Assembly (NCBI GenBank): GCA_964016885.1
Contig: OZ024744.1
Span: forward strand, 46,004,001 to 46,068,000
Source of the DNA: Eledone cirrhosa
Lineage: Eukaryota
Direction of reading: 5' to 3'
DNA: 64,000 bases
Shown one piece after another: positions 22,377 to 35,561 of the stretch (position 1 is its first letter; each line of letters begins with the position of its first letter). Under the pieces are notes generated by a model. That model saw only the letters and a program-made list of their open reading frames with translations. It had not been told where the DNA came from and did no database searches. The translations under genes and the position numbers were made by a program.

Positions 22377-25152
22377 CTTGGGGAGGGTCATATTGTTGTA
22401 ATAATATTGCCACTCACTGTTTGGTTGGTTTTCGCTTCTGTATATTTTATATCTCCATAGTTAATTCATTTGGCCATCAATGTTTAAAATTTACTGACCA
22501 ACGGTAAAAAATACAGATATAAATACATATATATAGTCTAACAAAGTTCTTTCGTTGCACATCTGCAACATCATCAGTGGTACTATTATCATGTTTCCCC
22601 TGCTGTATTGTATGTATTGTAGTTTCTACGCCATTTTAATTTTATCTATTTATTTATTTTTGTCTTCTCTGCGCATGCGTGTGTGTTCATGTTTTGGTTA
22701 TTGTATTCTATCTTAGTTTACTAGTGTGTTTATATCTCTTTGGTGTATGTATTTTTTTATTTATGTGTTTGGTGTATGCATTTGTTTATTTATTTATATT
22801 TTTCTTAAGGCAGTATTGTTTGTTTGGGTGTTGTTATTCCATTCATTTTTTTCTGTTTAGCTTTGGCTTTCTAAGCTCTATTTCGCTTGCTTCTCTGATT
22901 TGCCTATCTGTTGGGTCATTTCTATGTTTAGATATTATTTTAATTTCTATGTTTTCTATGTTACCGTCATGTTGTTGTCTGGCATGTTCGTATAGTACTG
23001 GACCGATTTTTCGTCCTTTTAATTCCCCCCGGTGTTGGTCTATTCTTTCTCCTATACTTTGAGCTGTCTCACCTATGTATGTCGTTGTCATGTTTCTGCA
23101 AGTACCCTCTGTACATCTTATGCTATGGACTACATTTCTAGTTTTACAGTTTATCGGGGGGTTTACTTTACATATAACACATTTCTTATTAGTACAGTGG
23201 GTTTTCTTAAAAGGAATGTTTTGCTGATCGGGGATTTTATGGTAGTTCCTGGCTTTTCTACCACTTTAATCTTTAAGTGGGTCTTCTTTAAGGCCTTTCT
23301 ATTTTGGTTAGCTAATTTCCCACCAGGGGTAACACCTACGAACATGACACTCTGGTATCTCTGGTGTTGTACCATGAGGTGGCTTTCCCTATCTAAGCTA
23401 TTCCATGATTTTCTCCTGTATAATGGGCAAATTCCTTTCATGGCCAGTTCTATGAGGGTTTTATACTTCTCTGTGGCTCCTTTGGATACACTGATTCTGT
23501 CTCTTTGGTTGTAGTCAGAGAACTGCATGCGGTTGATGAAGTTTTGGATGTGTCTTTCCATTTCTGTTGAGTCACACATGCGGGACACGTTCTTAATCAC
23601 TCGTACCAAGTCTGCGATCAGAATATTAAACTTAGCACTACTGGACATTGCTGAGTTTTTGAGTATCAGGTATTTGGAGGCCATGGGTTTAGCATAGTGT
23701 GAATGGAGAATTTGGGCTCTCTCGTCTATAGTGTTAATCCAGAGTTCCATGTCTAATAGAGGTAGTCTACTGTTAGGGTGTTTGGAAGGGTAGTCAATGG
23801 TTACAGTTATACTCTGGTGTATGGAGTTAGCTATCTGCTGGATGCTTTCCATTGTGCTATCTTCTAATTTATGTTTATTAGTATTCTCTTGTGGGGGTGT
23901 TCTTATTACTATATTAATATTGTCTACGTAACGAGAGTACATGATGAGGTCTTTGGAGCTCTCTTCAAGATCTTTGAGTCTCCTTTCTCACCATACCATA
24001 AAAAGGTTGGCAACATCACCAGCTATGCTGATGCCAATGGCTGCTCCCTCATTTTGGGTGTAGATCTTTTTATTGAATTTGAATATGTGGGCATTTAGGG
24101 TAGTTTTAATACTAGCCCCTATTACATGCGCGACCATTTTTCTCACTGGATCATTGTTTTCAGGTTTCCGTATGGCTTTGGTCCACCCAATCCACCTTCC
24201 CATGGAAGTCATTTTGCCATTGAGGTTATGGTGGGGGGTCTACCTCATATGGGTCTACTGAAGCAGAAACGGCTAAGGTCATGGCTGTCTAGTTACTCGG
24301 TGTCATAAGAAAATCTAAATAGGAGGCCCAGTTTATCTGTGTCAATGTTGCAGAACTCCACCTCACTCTCACGGATTATCTCCACACATTTTTCCACAGC
24401 AAAATCAATGTTAATGGATGGTTATAGTGATACCACATCCATACTGCCTATTATGCAGTTAGATAGGTTTTTGTTTTTGTTGCACTCATTGATTCTGCTG
24501 AGGAGGTCCTCTGTACTGTCACATACATCTGGGGACATCTTCATTATGGGGCGTATAACCATTAAGGGGAAATAGGAGATCCTGTAGTTGCTAGCGATAT
24601 TGGCTATTGTTGGTGGTCCTGTCGTTGGGTCGTCGGCTGTCTTATGGTCTTTGCGGAGTCCATACAAGTGTGGTATGTCATCGTTAGATGCCTGGAAGTT
24701 GTTGGCAGTGCGTTTGCTTGGCTTTAGGATGTCGGTCCACATCATCATGTGAGCGTTGAGGATCTTCTCTCTCCCCTTATGTGTTTGTTGAGTAGTTTCG
24801 CTCGTGTTGGTGATGTGGGGTTGCATAGCCTCGATATAGTTCCGCATGCTATCTATCGACATCCTACCAGATTTATCTGTGGGTAGACACACTACCCCAC
24901 CATCCCTTGTGCGTTGCTTGAGAGTAACCAAGCCTTCTACATGTTTTCTTCCAAGTTTTTGGACATCTGGTCTGATTTGTCTCTTATTATATCGGTCTAC
25001 TATTTGTCTAATTTTATTTATTGCTATGGTGAACTGTACTTCTGTCTCGTCATCTATTTGTTGTGGTACACAAACCCTTTTATTAAAAGGTAACTTAGTG
25101 GGATACATTTTACTCATCTTATATATTGTCAGCTGGGTTGAAAAATTTGCAA

Positions 25153-25155
<3 letters not shown>
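22376..25155 (-). mobile_element. Penelope-like retroelement (RT + Cys linker + GIY-YIG), degraded
   Basis: LPTDKSGR, GSMDVVSL, YTQNEGAAIG, YSRYVD(D/N), LPLLDMEL, NVVYSIRC...YIGETAQSIGERIDQH; several stops and frameshifts. Confidence 0.92.
22533..22586 (-). ncRNA. Minimal hammerhead motif in the PLE 3' terminal region
   Basis: ATAGTACCA-CTGATGA-T-GTTGCA gatg TGCAAC-GAAAG aa CTT-TGTTAGACTAT; stems I and III imperfect. Confidence 0.6.
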
Positions 25156-25191
<36 letters not shown>

Positions 25192-25389
25192 AGAGTGTTT
25201 GTAAATTCTGTACCATTCAGTTTTGTCAGCACAAGTCTTAGTTACAACTCCTACAAATAAAATTAAAGGAGAATAATTTTAGAATAAAAAAGTTTTATTC
25301 AAAATATTAACAACATTGGTGGCAGTGTTTTGGGTGAGTGATATGGTTTTTTATCTCGTCTGATTGTGTTTGTATTGCATTAAGTAACC

Positions 25390-25982
<593 letters not shown>

Positions 25983-27260
25983 CTATGGCTTGTCTCCTGT
26001 ATGGGTACGTAAGTGTTTAGTCAATATAGCACTTCGAGGGAATGTTTTACCACAGATGTCACAGTGATATGGCATCTCACCTGTATGTATTCGTTTGTGA
26101 CTAGTTAAGCTACTACTATCAGAGAATGATTTACCACATATATCACAGTGATATGGCTTGTCTCCTGTATGTATACGTTTGTGACGAGTTAAGGTACAAC
26201 TAACAGAGAATGATTTTCCACAGATGTCACAGTGGTATGGCTTGTCTCCTGTATGGGTTCGTAAGTGTTTAGTCAATATACCACTTCGAGGGAATGTTTT
26301 ACCACAGATATCACAGTGATATGGCTTCTCACCTGTATGTATTCGTTTGTGACTAGTTAAGCTACTACTAACAGAGAATGATTTACCACAGATATTACAG
26401 TGATATGGCTTGTCTCCTGTATGGGTACGTTTGTGACTAGTTAAGTGACTACTTACAGAGAATGATTTACCACAGATATCACAGTGATTTGGCTTGTCTC
26501 CTGTATGTATACGTTTGTGAGTAGTTAAGGTACTAATTTGAGAGAATGATTTACCACAGATATCACAGACATATGGCTTCTCACCTGTATGAGTACGTTT
26601 GTGACTAGTTAAGTGACTACTTACAGAGAATGATTTACCACAGATGTCACAGTGATTTGGCTTGTCTCCTGTATGTATACGTTTGTGAGTAGTTAAAGTA
26701 CTAATTTGAGAGAATGATTTACCACAGATATCACAGACATATGGCTGGTCTCCTGTGTGGGTACGTATGTGAGAAGTCAAGTTACTACTTCGAGAGAATG
26801 ATATACCACAGATATCACAGTGGTATAGCTTCTCACCTGTATGTATAAGTTTGTGACTAGTTAAGTGACTACTTCGAGAGAATGATTTACCACAGATGTC
26901 ACATTGATTTGGCTTGTCTCCTGTATGTATATGTTTGTGAGTAGTTAAGGTACTAATTTGAGAGAATGATTTACCACAGATATCACAGACATATGGCTTG
27001 TCTCCTGTATGGGTACGTATGTGAGAAGTTAAGTTACTACTTCGAGAGAATGATTCACCACAGATATCACAGTGATATGGCTTCTCACCTGTATGGGTAC
27101 GTAAGTGTTTAGTTAAGTGACTACATACAATGAATGATTTACCACAGACATCACAGTGAAATGGCTTCTCTCCTCTAGACTTTGGTATCTCTTCAGGAAT
27201 AGCCATATCTTTAGACAATGTTTCACATTTAATCTTCTTCTCACTCAAGTTATTTTCCAT
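25983..27260 (-). CDS. C2H2 zinc-finger protein, 14 fingers, no KRAB/BTB/SCAN in this exon (425 aa)
   Basis: 14 x C-x2-C-x12-H-x3-H with TGE/DKP linkers; acceptor tttcttatttcag| at 27633 and AATAAA near 25296 bracket a terminal exon. Confidence 0.9.
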   Translation of the reverse strand: MENNLSEKKIKCETLSKDMAIPEEIPKSRGEKPFHCDVCGKSFIVCSHLTKHLRTHTGEKPYHCDICGESFSRSSNLTSHIRTHTGDKPYVCDICGKSFSQISTLTTHKHIHTGDKPNQCDICGKSFSRSSHLTSHKLIHTGEKLYHCDICGISFSRSSNLTSHIRTHTGDQPYVCDICGKSFSQISTLTTHKRIHTGDKPNHCDICGKSFSVSSHLTSHKRTHTGEKPYVCDICGKSFSQISTLTTHKRIHTGDKPNHCDICGKSFSVSSHLTSHKRTHTGDKPYHCNICGKSFSVSSSLTSHKRIHTGEKPYHCDICGKTFPRSGILTKHLRTHTGDKPYHCDICGKSFSVSCTLTRHKRIHTGDKPYHCDICGKSFSDSSSLTSHKRIHTGEMPYHCDICGKTFPRSAILTKHLRTHTGDKP

Positions 27261-28473
27261 GTTTCTTCTTGCCTTGGCAGAATTTACAGATGTTATTCTT
27301 GTGTTATTTTTTATATTATATTCATAAAAATATTTCCTCTGCTATATTTCCCCCAAATGTGACCTCAGTCAAGATCTGAAGATGATGCAAACTTCTTTCT
27401 GATCCAAGTTTAGTTATGATTCAAAATCATCTTGTAAATATATCAGATGGTGACGAAATGATATTTTTCAAGAAACAGTTCTGAGGAAATATCTCACAGT
27501 AATTCTGCCAAAGATTTATATAAATAGTGTTATATGAGTTCCGTATCAAAAGCTTTAGTCTTGAAATGATGATAAATAAAGGGGATGTATTCAAGATTAA
27601 AAAATAATTTCATCCCAATGTCATCTGGTATTCTGAAATAAGAAAGAAACAGTATGAGATAATATAGAATACTTTAGAACCAGAGATAGATTTAACATTG
27701 GAAATGTATATTTCTATATTGATAATCTGTAGATATCAACATTCATGTCCAGAGTTATTCTCTCCAATGTAAGCAGTAGTATTCCAGCATGCTCTATAAA
27801 TTTTATCTTTCTAACTCTTGGGAGGTCTGCCCTATAGCCTTTACCCAGGAACTTTATTCTTATATGACATTCTAACATGGTAATTGTCTGAGACCTGAGA
27901 TGTGTAACTTGACAGTTCCTTGAGTAACAGTTCTTTCTACCTTGAAGGGAAAAATGCTGTGCAATTGCTCGATAACAGTCAAAGTATTCTCACACAAGGG
28001 TACCCTAGGCACCCCACCAACATGACTTGTGTTAGTCCTGTAGACACAATTAGTGGGAACTTTATTGGCAGGGCTTTCCATAATTTTGGCGTTTTTTCTT
28101 TTCTGGTTGGATGCCCTTCCTCTCATTAACCCCTTTACAGCAAGGACTGGGTGTATTGTTCGTGGTACTAGAGAGGTTATTTTACTGGACTTAAGAGCTC
28201 TCTACCCAGTATCAGTTTCTATTTCAAGTGTCTACAATGATGATGATATATACATATATATATGTACAAATATATATATACACATATATACATACTAGCA
28301 GATGTACCCGGCGTTGCTCAGGAAATGAATGACAGCCTGAATTGTTTAAGGTCCTTTATGGCTTAACTAGCAATTTCTGAGTGCATGTCAGCTAATTGGC
28401 TAGCCAATGAGAGGTTGCCTCAATAGACCGACTTGCTTTTATATATATAGATGTACAAATATATATATACACT

Positions 28474-30686
28474 TAAAAGAAGACGATTTAGATATAGAAA
28501 AAGAAGATGTTTTAGAGACGTATGACATAGATAATAACTGGAATTTCTTACGTGGCAACTTACTGCAGGCTACTGATGAAACTTGTGGCTGGAGCAGTGC
28601 TCCGACCAGACAGAGAGTGACCTGGTGGTGGAACAGCACGGTAGATAAGGCCATTAGAGACAAAAGACTAGCATGGAAGGCTTGGAAAAAGGGTGGGAGT
28701 AGAGACCGATACACAGCTGCTAAGAAAGAAGCTAGAGGTCAGGTGTACTTAGCACGCACGGAGGCTGAGAGTAGGAGGTTTGCCAATGTTCTGCGACGGG
28801 AAGATCAGAGGCGTGCGGTGTTCCACATTGCAAGGCAGTGTGTCAATGCAAATCAGGATGTTGTTGGAGATGAATGTGTCCGGAATGATGCCGGTGTACT
28901 TAGTGTCACGAATGATCGGAAAAAGGAGGCCTGGAAATGTCATTATGAGAGACTGATGAATGTGGAGAACGAATGGGAGAGAGAGAAATTACCCTCAGTA
29001 GATCCGACAGAGGGACCAGCTATTGAGATTGATGAATATAGGGTCCAAGAGGCGATTAAGGAAATGAAAAATGGTAAGGCTGCTGGACCATCGGGAATAA
29101 TTGCCGAGATGCTGAAGAGATCAAGGGGCGACGTAGGCACTAAACTGGTTGCACGCATCATCAATAAGGCTATATATAGTGGTGTCATACCCAAAGACTG
29201 GTGCAGCAGTATTCTCATAAATTGTTACAAAGGTAAAGGGGATGCTCTGGAGAGGAGCAATTATAGGGGTATAAAACTGATGGATCAGGTTATGAAAGTG
29301 GCCGAAAGGATATTAGCACAACTAATTAGAGAAAGGGTCAAACTAGATGAGATGCAGTTTGGTTTTGTGCCTGGAAAGAGTACAACAGATGCCCTCTTCT
29401 TGATGAGACAATTGCAAGAGAGGTTCTTAGAGAAAAATAAGCCACTATACTTAGCCTTTGTTGACCTAGAGAAGGCCTTTGATAGGGTAACCCGATCTGT
29501 CATCTGGTGGTACCTAAGGAAACTAGATGTAGAGGAATGGCTTGTGAAGACAGTGCAAGATTTGTACAGGGGTGCTGTCAGTAAAGTCAGGGTCGGAATG
29601 GAGTTTAGTGATGAATTCCAGATAAAAGTAAGAGTACATCAAGGTTCGGTCCTCAGCCCGCTCTTGTTCATTATAGTCCTCCTAGCCATAACAGAGGAGT
29701 TTAAGACTGGCTGTCCATGGGAACTTCTCTATGCTGACGATCTGGTTCTTATAGCAGAATCAGTAGAGGAGTTAGAGAATAAATTCTGGCTATGGAAACA
29801 GCAGTTGGAAGCAAGAGGACTGAGAGTGAACCTAGCTAAGACAAAAGTGTTGATGAGTAGAAAAGAGGTCAAAACTCTGATTCCGTCATGTTCGATATGC
29901 AGAAAAGGAACTGGCATAAATTCTATAAAATGCCCACAATGCAGATCCTGGGTACACAAGAGATGTAGCAGGCAAACTAACAGGTAGGGAGAAATATGTA
30001 TGCAGTAGATGTACAGGGAAATTAAACAGTAGAAGTCACATTGATAGACACATTTTTCAAATGCAGGCGGGTGCTATAGAAGTGGTGGATAGCTTCCGGT
30101 ACCTAGGAGATCAGATTAGCATGGGAGGGGGGTGTTCCGAGGCCATAGTATCTAGAATAAGGACGGGTTGGAAGAAGTTTAGGGAGCTGCTTCCTCTGCT
30201 GACGAAGAAGGGTTTCTCCCTGCGTACGAAAGGCCGGTTATATGATGCCTGTGTGAGGAGTGCGATGCTGCATGGTAGTGAGACATGGGCAGCAACTGCA
30301 GAGGATATGCGATGGCTGGAGAGCATGCTCCGTTGGATGTACAGTGTTAATGTGCTTGAACGACCCAGCATGAATGTGTTGATAGAGAAACTGTGTCTGA
30401 GAGGGATAGAATGTAGTGTGTGAGAGAGGAGACTGAGGTGGTATGGACATGTGATGCGCATGGAGGATGACCGATGCGTGAAGAAGTGCCAGTTGAAGGA
30501 AGACGTGGTAGAGATAGACCACAAAAAACAAGGGCGGAGGTGGTGAGAACAGACCTCAGATCACTGAAGCTCACAGTGGAGATGACGAAGGACCGTGACA
30601 AGTGGAGAGATGCTGTGCTGAATAAGGCCCGTCCCACCCTTGCAAGCAGGGAAGAGTGGACATAAAATGATGATGATGATGATGAT
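28474..30686 (+). mobile_element. 5'-truncated RTE-clade LINE
   Basis: TWWWN, NYRGIKL, FVDLEKAFDRV, VHQGSVLSPLLF, LYADDL, FRYLG, MLHGSETW, RLRWYGHV; (GAT)n tail. Confidence 0.95.
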
Positions 30687-30689
30687 ATA

Positions 30690-30983
30690 CACATGGCTTA
30701 GTGGTTTCAGCATTGGCCTTGCAATCGAAAGGTTGTGAGTTCAATTCTCAGACAGGGTGATGTGTTGTTTCCTTGAGCAAGACACTTTATATCACATTGC
30801 TCCAGTTTACTCAGCTGTAGAAATGAGATGATAGGGACTGGAGTCCCTACCATTCCACTGTAAAGTGGACTTGTAGGCGCCACGGAAAAAAAGCCCCCAG
30901 CTGTAGGAATGAAGCCAGAATCAGTTCCCGTCCCACCCCTGCAAGCAGGGAAAAGTGGACGTATATTGATGATGATGATGATG
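30690..30983 (+). mobile_element. tRNA/CORE-like SINE with RTE-derived 3' tail
   Basis: TGGCTTAGTGG, GAGTTCAATTC, ccttgagcaagacacttta, tail cccgtcccacccctgcaagcaggg...(gat)n. Confidence 0.85.
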
Positions 30984-30989
30984 AAATAC

Positions 30990-31022
<33 letters not shown>

Positions 31023-31113
31023 CATATATATGTGTACAAATATATATATATATACACAACTACATATATATATGTACATCATCATCATCATTTTACGTCC
31101 GCTTTTCCCTGCT

Positions 31114-32380
31114 AATAATAAATAGTAGGGGGCTAAGAACAGAGCCCTGATGGACACCAACTTTTACGCTAAACTCTTCACTATATTCGTTGTTAATTCT
31201 AACCTTGCTCACTGTTTCTTTATACATGGCTTGTATAGCTCTCACAAGCCATTCGTCAACACCTAGTTTTCTAAGAGCCCACCAGATAATGGAACGGGGG
31301 ACTCTGTCGAAGGCTTTCTCCAAGTCGACAAAGGCTAAGTATAGGGGTCTACTTTTAGCTAGGTACTCCTACTGTAGTTGTCGTACAATGAAAAGAGCGT
31401 CTGTGGTACTTTTGCCTGACACAAACCCGAACTGCATTTCATCTAGATCGATTCTCTCTCTGCTTAGTTGCACTATTACTTTTTCCGTGACCTTCATGAC
31501 CTGGTCGATTAATTTAATGCCTCTATAGTTACTCCTATCTAGAGCATCTCCTTTACCCTTGTAACAGTTAATGATGATGCTGCTACGCCAGTCCTTTGGA
31601 ACAACCCCATTCTGTATGACTTGGTTTACTATCCGGGTGACCATGGTGTGTCCCACCGTTTCAGAGGCCTTCAGCATCTCAGCAACTATTTCCGAAGGCC
31701 CAGCCGCCTTACCCGTCTTCATATTTTTGATTGCCTTACTTATTATACTACCTTCAATTAATACTGCTGGTCCCTCTATTGGATCGATCTGGGGGAGACT
31801 ATCCTTCTCCCATTTATTCTCCTCATTTAGTAGCCTCTCGTAGTGACACTTCCAAGCGACCTTCTTATCAGCGTCAGTGATGGCGAGAACGCCATCATCA
31901 TTTAGTACACACTTCTCCCCAACAATATCACGGTTTTCCTTGACACATTGCCTAGCAATCCTGAACACCTCACGTTTTTGGTCCTCGCGTTGTAGAACAT
32001 GCTTGAACTTTCTTTCCTCTGCTTCCCTTCTTGCAAAGTACACTTGTCTCCTAGCTTCTCTACTGGCCACTTGATAGTCTTCTCTACTTCCCCCATACTT
32101 TCCAAGCCTGCTTTTTGGCCTTAATCGACTCCTCCACCTTACTGTTCCACCACCATGTTACTCTCCTCCTGCCTATAGGCCTGCTCCGGCCACAGACTTC
32201 GTCTGCCGCCATCAGCAGGTTTGCTTTCAGGAATTCCCACTGCCCCTCTATATTGTCCGACTCTAAATGCTCTTCCTTACTGTCGAAAGCATCAAGTAAT
32301 ATGCTTTGAAATTTATTTCTGGCTGTGAGGTCCTTTAGCTTCCATATTTTTCTCCTGAGGATAGTCCTCTTTTGCTGTCG
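31114..32380 (-). mobile_element. Internal segment of a related RTE LINE (unit A only)
   Basis: Minus-strand ORFs 31093-31323, 31369-32070: NYRGIKL, EKAFDRVPR, GVHQGSVLSPLLF; fused to a SINE/LINE tail at 31076-31113. Confidence 0.9.
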
Positions 32381-35300
32381 AGTATATATACATATATATA
32401 TATATACATTATATATATATATATATATACATATTTATATGTATCATCATCATTTAACGTCTGCCACGCTAGCATGGGTTATACAGGAATTGTCCCATTT
32501 CATTGATCAGGTGACCGTGTCTCACTCGTATCTGGCAGGTTTTCTACAGCTGGATGCCCTTCCTAACACCAACACATATCTACATATGAAGGCTGAAAAC
32601 TCTAAGAGTATTACAATAACTTGTCAGATTATAGAGAACTGTTTCTGTCTTTGTTTACACGGAGGGATGCCCTTCCTAATGCGAACCATATTTACAGTGT
32701 ATGCTGGGCACTTTTTGTTCCGACACTTTACACAACCACTTTACAGTGTAGACTGGGCACTTTTTGTTCTGACGCCTACACAACCACTTTCCAGTGTGGA
32801 CTGGGCACTTTTTGTTCCGACACCTACACAACCACTTTACAGTGTGGACTGGGCACTTTTTGTTCTGACACCTACATGACCACATTATAGTGTAGACTGG
32901 GTGGTTTTTGATGTGATACCTACAAGATCAATTTACATTGTGGGATGAGTGCTTTTTGTCATGGCACCTACATAACGACTTTACAATGTGGTCTGGGTAC
33001 TTTTTGCTATATTAAATACATCGACCCAGAAAGAAGCGTGGGGTGTGTGGAAAATCTGTAAAACTTCACCAGAGATAGAAATCCAGAATTAGTCATTTAG
33101 TTTACATAATGAGACCCCAACCCATCTTATTTTATAACATATGGCATTTCTAGTAATGCATTTTTATGTCATGTAAAATGTTTTTTAATGTCTAAAGAAA
33201 ATTGTCGCTGGAATGCGACCACTTTGAATAATATTTCACCAGAGATAAGAAAAATTTAATAAACAGAGGGTGGGGTGAATCAAGAGCAGGGTGGCGGTGT
33301 AAAAAATCTGAAAACTAAATAAGTGAGGGTGGGGGAAGATTATTTGAGACAAAAGCGAGGGTGGGGGCAGATTATTTGAGATGAAAGCGAGGGTGGGGTA
33401 CAATTATTTGAGACCAAAGTATGGATGGCGGACCACTATTTGAGTTACATACACATATTCTAGTATGTAGAAAGGAAAATAGGGCACAGGTGACCTCTGG
33501 GAAATGGTCATGTTCAGTGTGTAGCAAAGGAGTAGGTAGAAATTCCATTTTATGTCCCAAATGCAAACTATGGGTACATAAAAGATGTAGTGGGATTAGA
33601 GGTAAGCTATCTAAGAACGTAGATTTTGTATGTGGCCACTGCTCAGGTGCAATAAGTAGCAAGTGCACACAGGATACCAGCTCCTTCTATTGCCTAGATG
33701 GTTCTATAATGTTACTCGATATTCAATGTAGCAACAAGTGAATATTGTTATTGTAAAATAAACATTGTCAACATCACAATTCTGGCATTATTCTTTTTAT
33801 CATTCATCCACAAAAGAATACATTTATCCACTACATATGCAACAAACAAAAGGGGCCCAAGAACAGATCCCTGTGGTACACCAGATGACATCTCATACGG
33901 TGAAGAATGCTGTCCTAGAACCATGACTACCTCTCTTCGACTGAGAGTGAAGGATTTCAACCAGTTAAAAACTATACACTATATACAGTATATATATATA
34001 TTATATATACACTGTGTACAGTATATATTATACACTATATATGTTGTCCAAGAGAAAGGCTATGGCTGATACAGCTTGGCACCAGTGACATCACAACTCA
34101 TTTCTACAGCTGAGTAAACAATATGAAATAAAGTGTCTTGCTCAAGGAAACAACACATCACACGGTCTGAGAATCGAACTCACAACCATTCGATTGCAAG
34201 CCCAATGCTCTAATCACTAAGCCGTGATATGTTCCAGAACCAACCGTGATATAGAGAGACCACAAAGACAATCGTTGTTTTCATTATTTAAGCCTTAAAA
34301 TACCTCTCATACATGCTTTAAGTACATATAAACTCATTAAAACACACTTGTATTTAAACACCAAAAACAACCAGTAACGATCGTATAGGAACTACCACCA
34401 ACTATCATACCACTACTTTTACCAATGAGGACAATTGCCAGCCACGGTAGCCACTTGGTAATACACTGCACATCTGCCGTCAATCTATGAAGGGTTTGTA
34501 GTAGATTAGAGCAAAACACAATCAGTAAGACAGTAATGGAATGAAAAATATAAACATTTGTTCATAATTAAAGCCTTAAGATGTCACTTCCTTACGATAT
34601 ACACTTTAATAACATTGAAACTTATTTAATAAGTTTAAATTTTAAACACTTTTCATTCAGATGTACCGCGATAAGAATATAGATATGTAATAACGAAAAA
34701 TACGCGATGTAGCGGGGGATTACTGTATATATACACACACAACATACATATATCTATATACACTCATAACATTTATTTCGATTTTTGACATTAAAATGTT
34801 GATTGAGAGTGTGACAACTGTTTCTTGTTTGAGGTTGTTCCAGTGGTTGAAATATAGACGGAGGTATTTTAAATAATAAAGACAGTCATGATAACAATAT
34901 ATTTTATATCACATGTAACAGTGGAATCTGCTGATTGAAAAATAACACATCAACATTTCAGTTTGGAAGTTTTTTTTCTATATATAAAAGTGGAGGAAGA
35001 AATATATTTTTCTAATGTTGTTATATATATTTTCACTTGTATATAATTACTGGAGGGTTCAGATAATTATATTATTTACACACATTAATATAGACATTAA
35101 GTAAATCGTTGTCAACTTACCTCCTTCAGATATCACCAATGTGTTGTGTTGTTAGTTTTTACTAAACAACCAAAGAAATAATCTCTTTGTTATCAAATTA
35201 GAAGTTTCAAAGATGTTATCAGCTTTATTTCACGACGTTAATATTGGTGTATCTTCTTCATCTTTAGTCATAAATTGATATCTTGTCAGAATGAAGTACT

Positions 35301-35522
35301 GAGGCTGACTTTATGTCTTTAGCTACAGATTTGATAGGAAATATTTATATATTAGGTTGATATGTGGTCTAAAATATATATATTGTCTATAAATGACTGA
35401 TAGCAGATGTTCTGGTGAAATAGTAGTTTTACTACTACAGATTGTAATGGAACTCTTAGTAGACACAATTGTAAAGTAAGATTAGATATGACAGTGTAAG
35501 ACTGATCTCGGGGAATTAAAAT

Positions 35523-35561
<39 letters not shown>

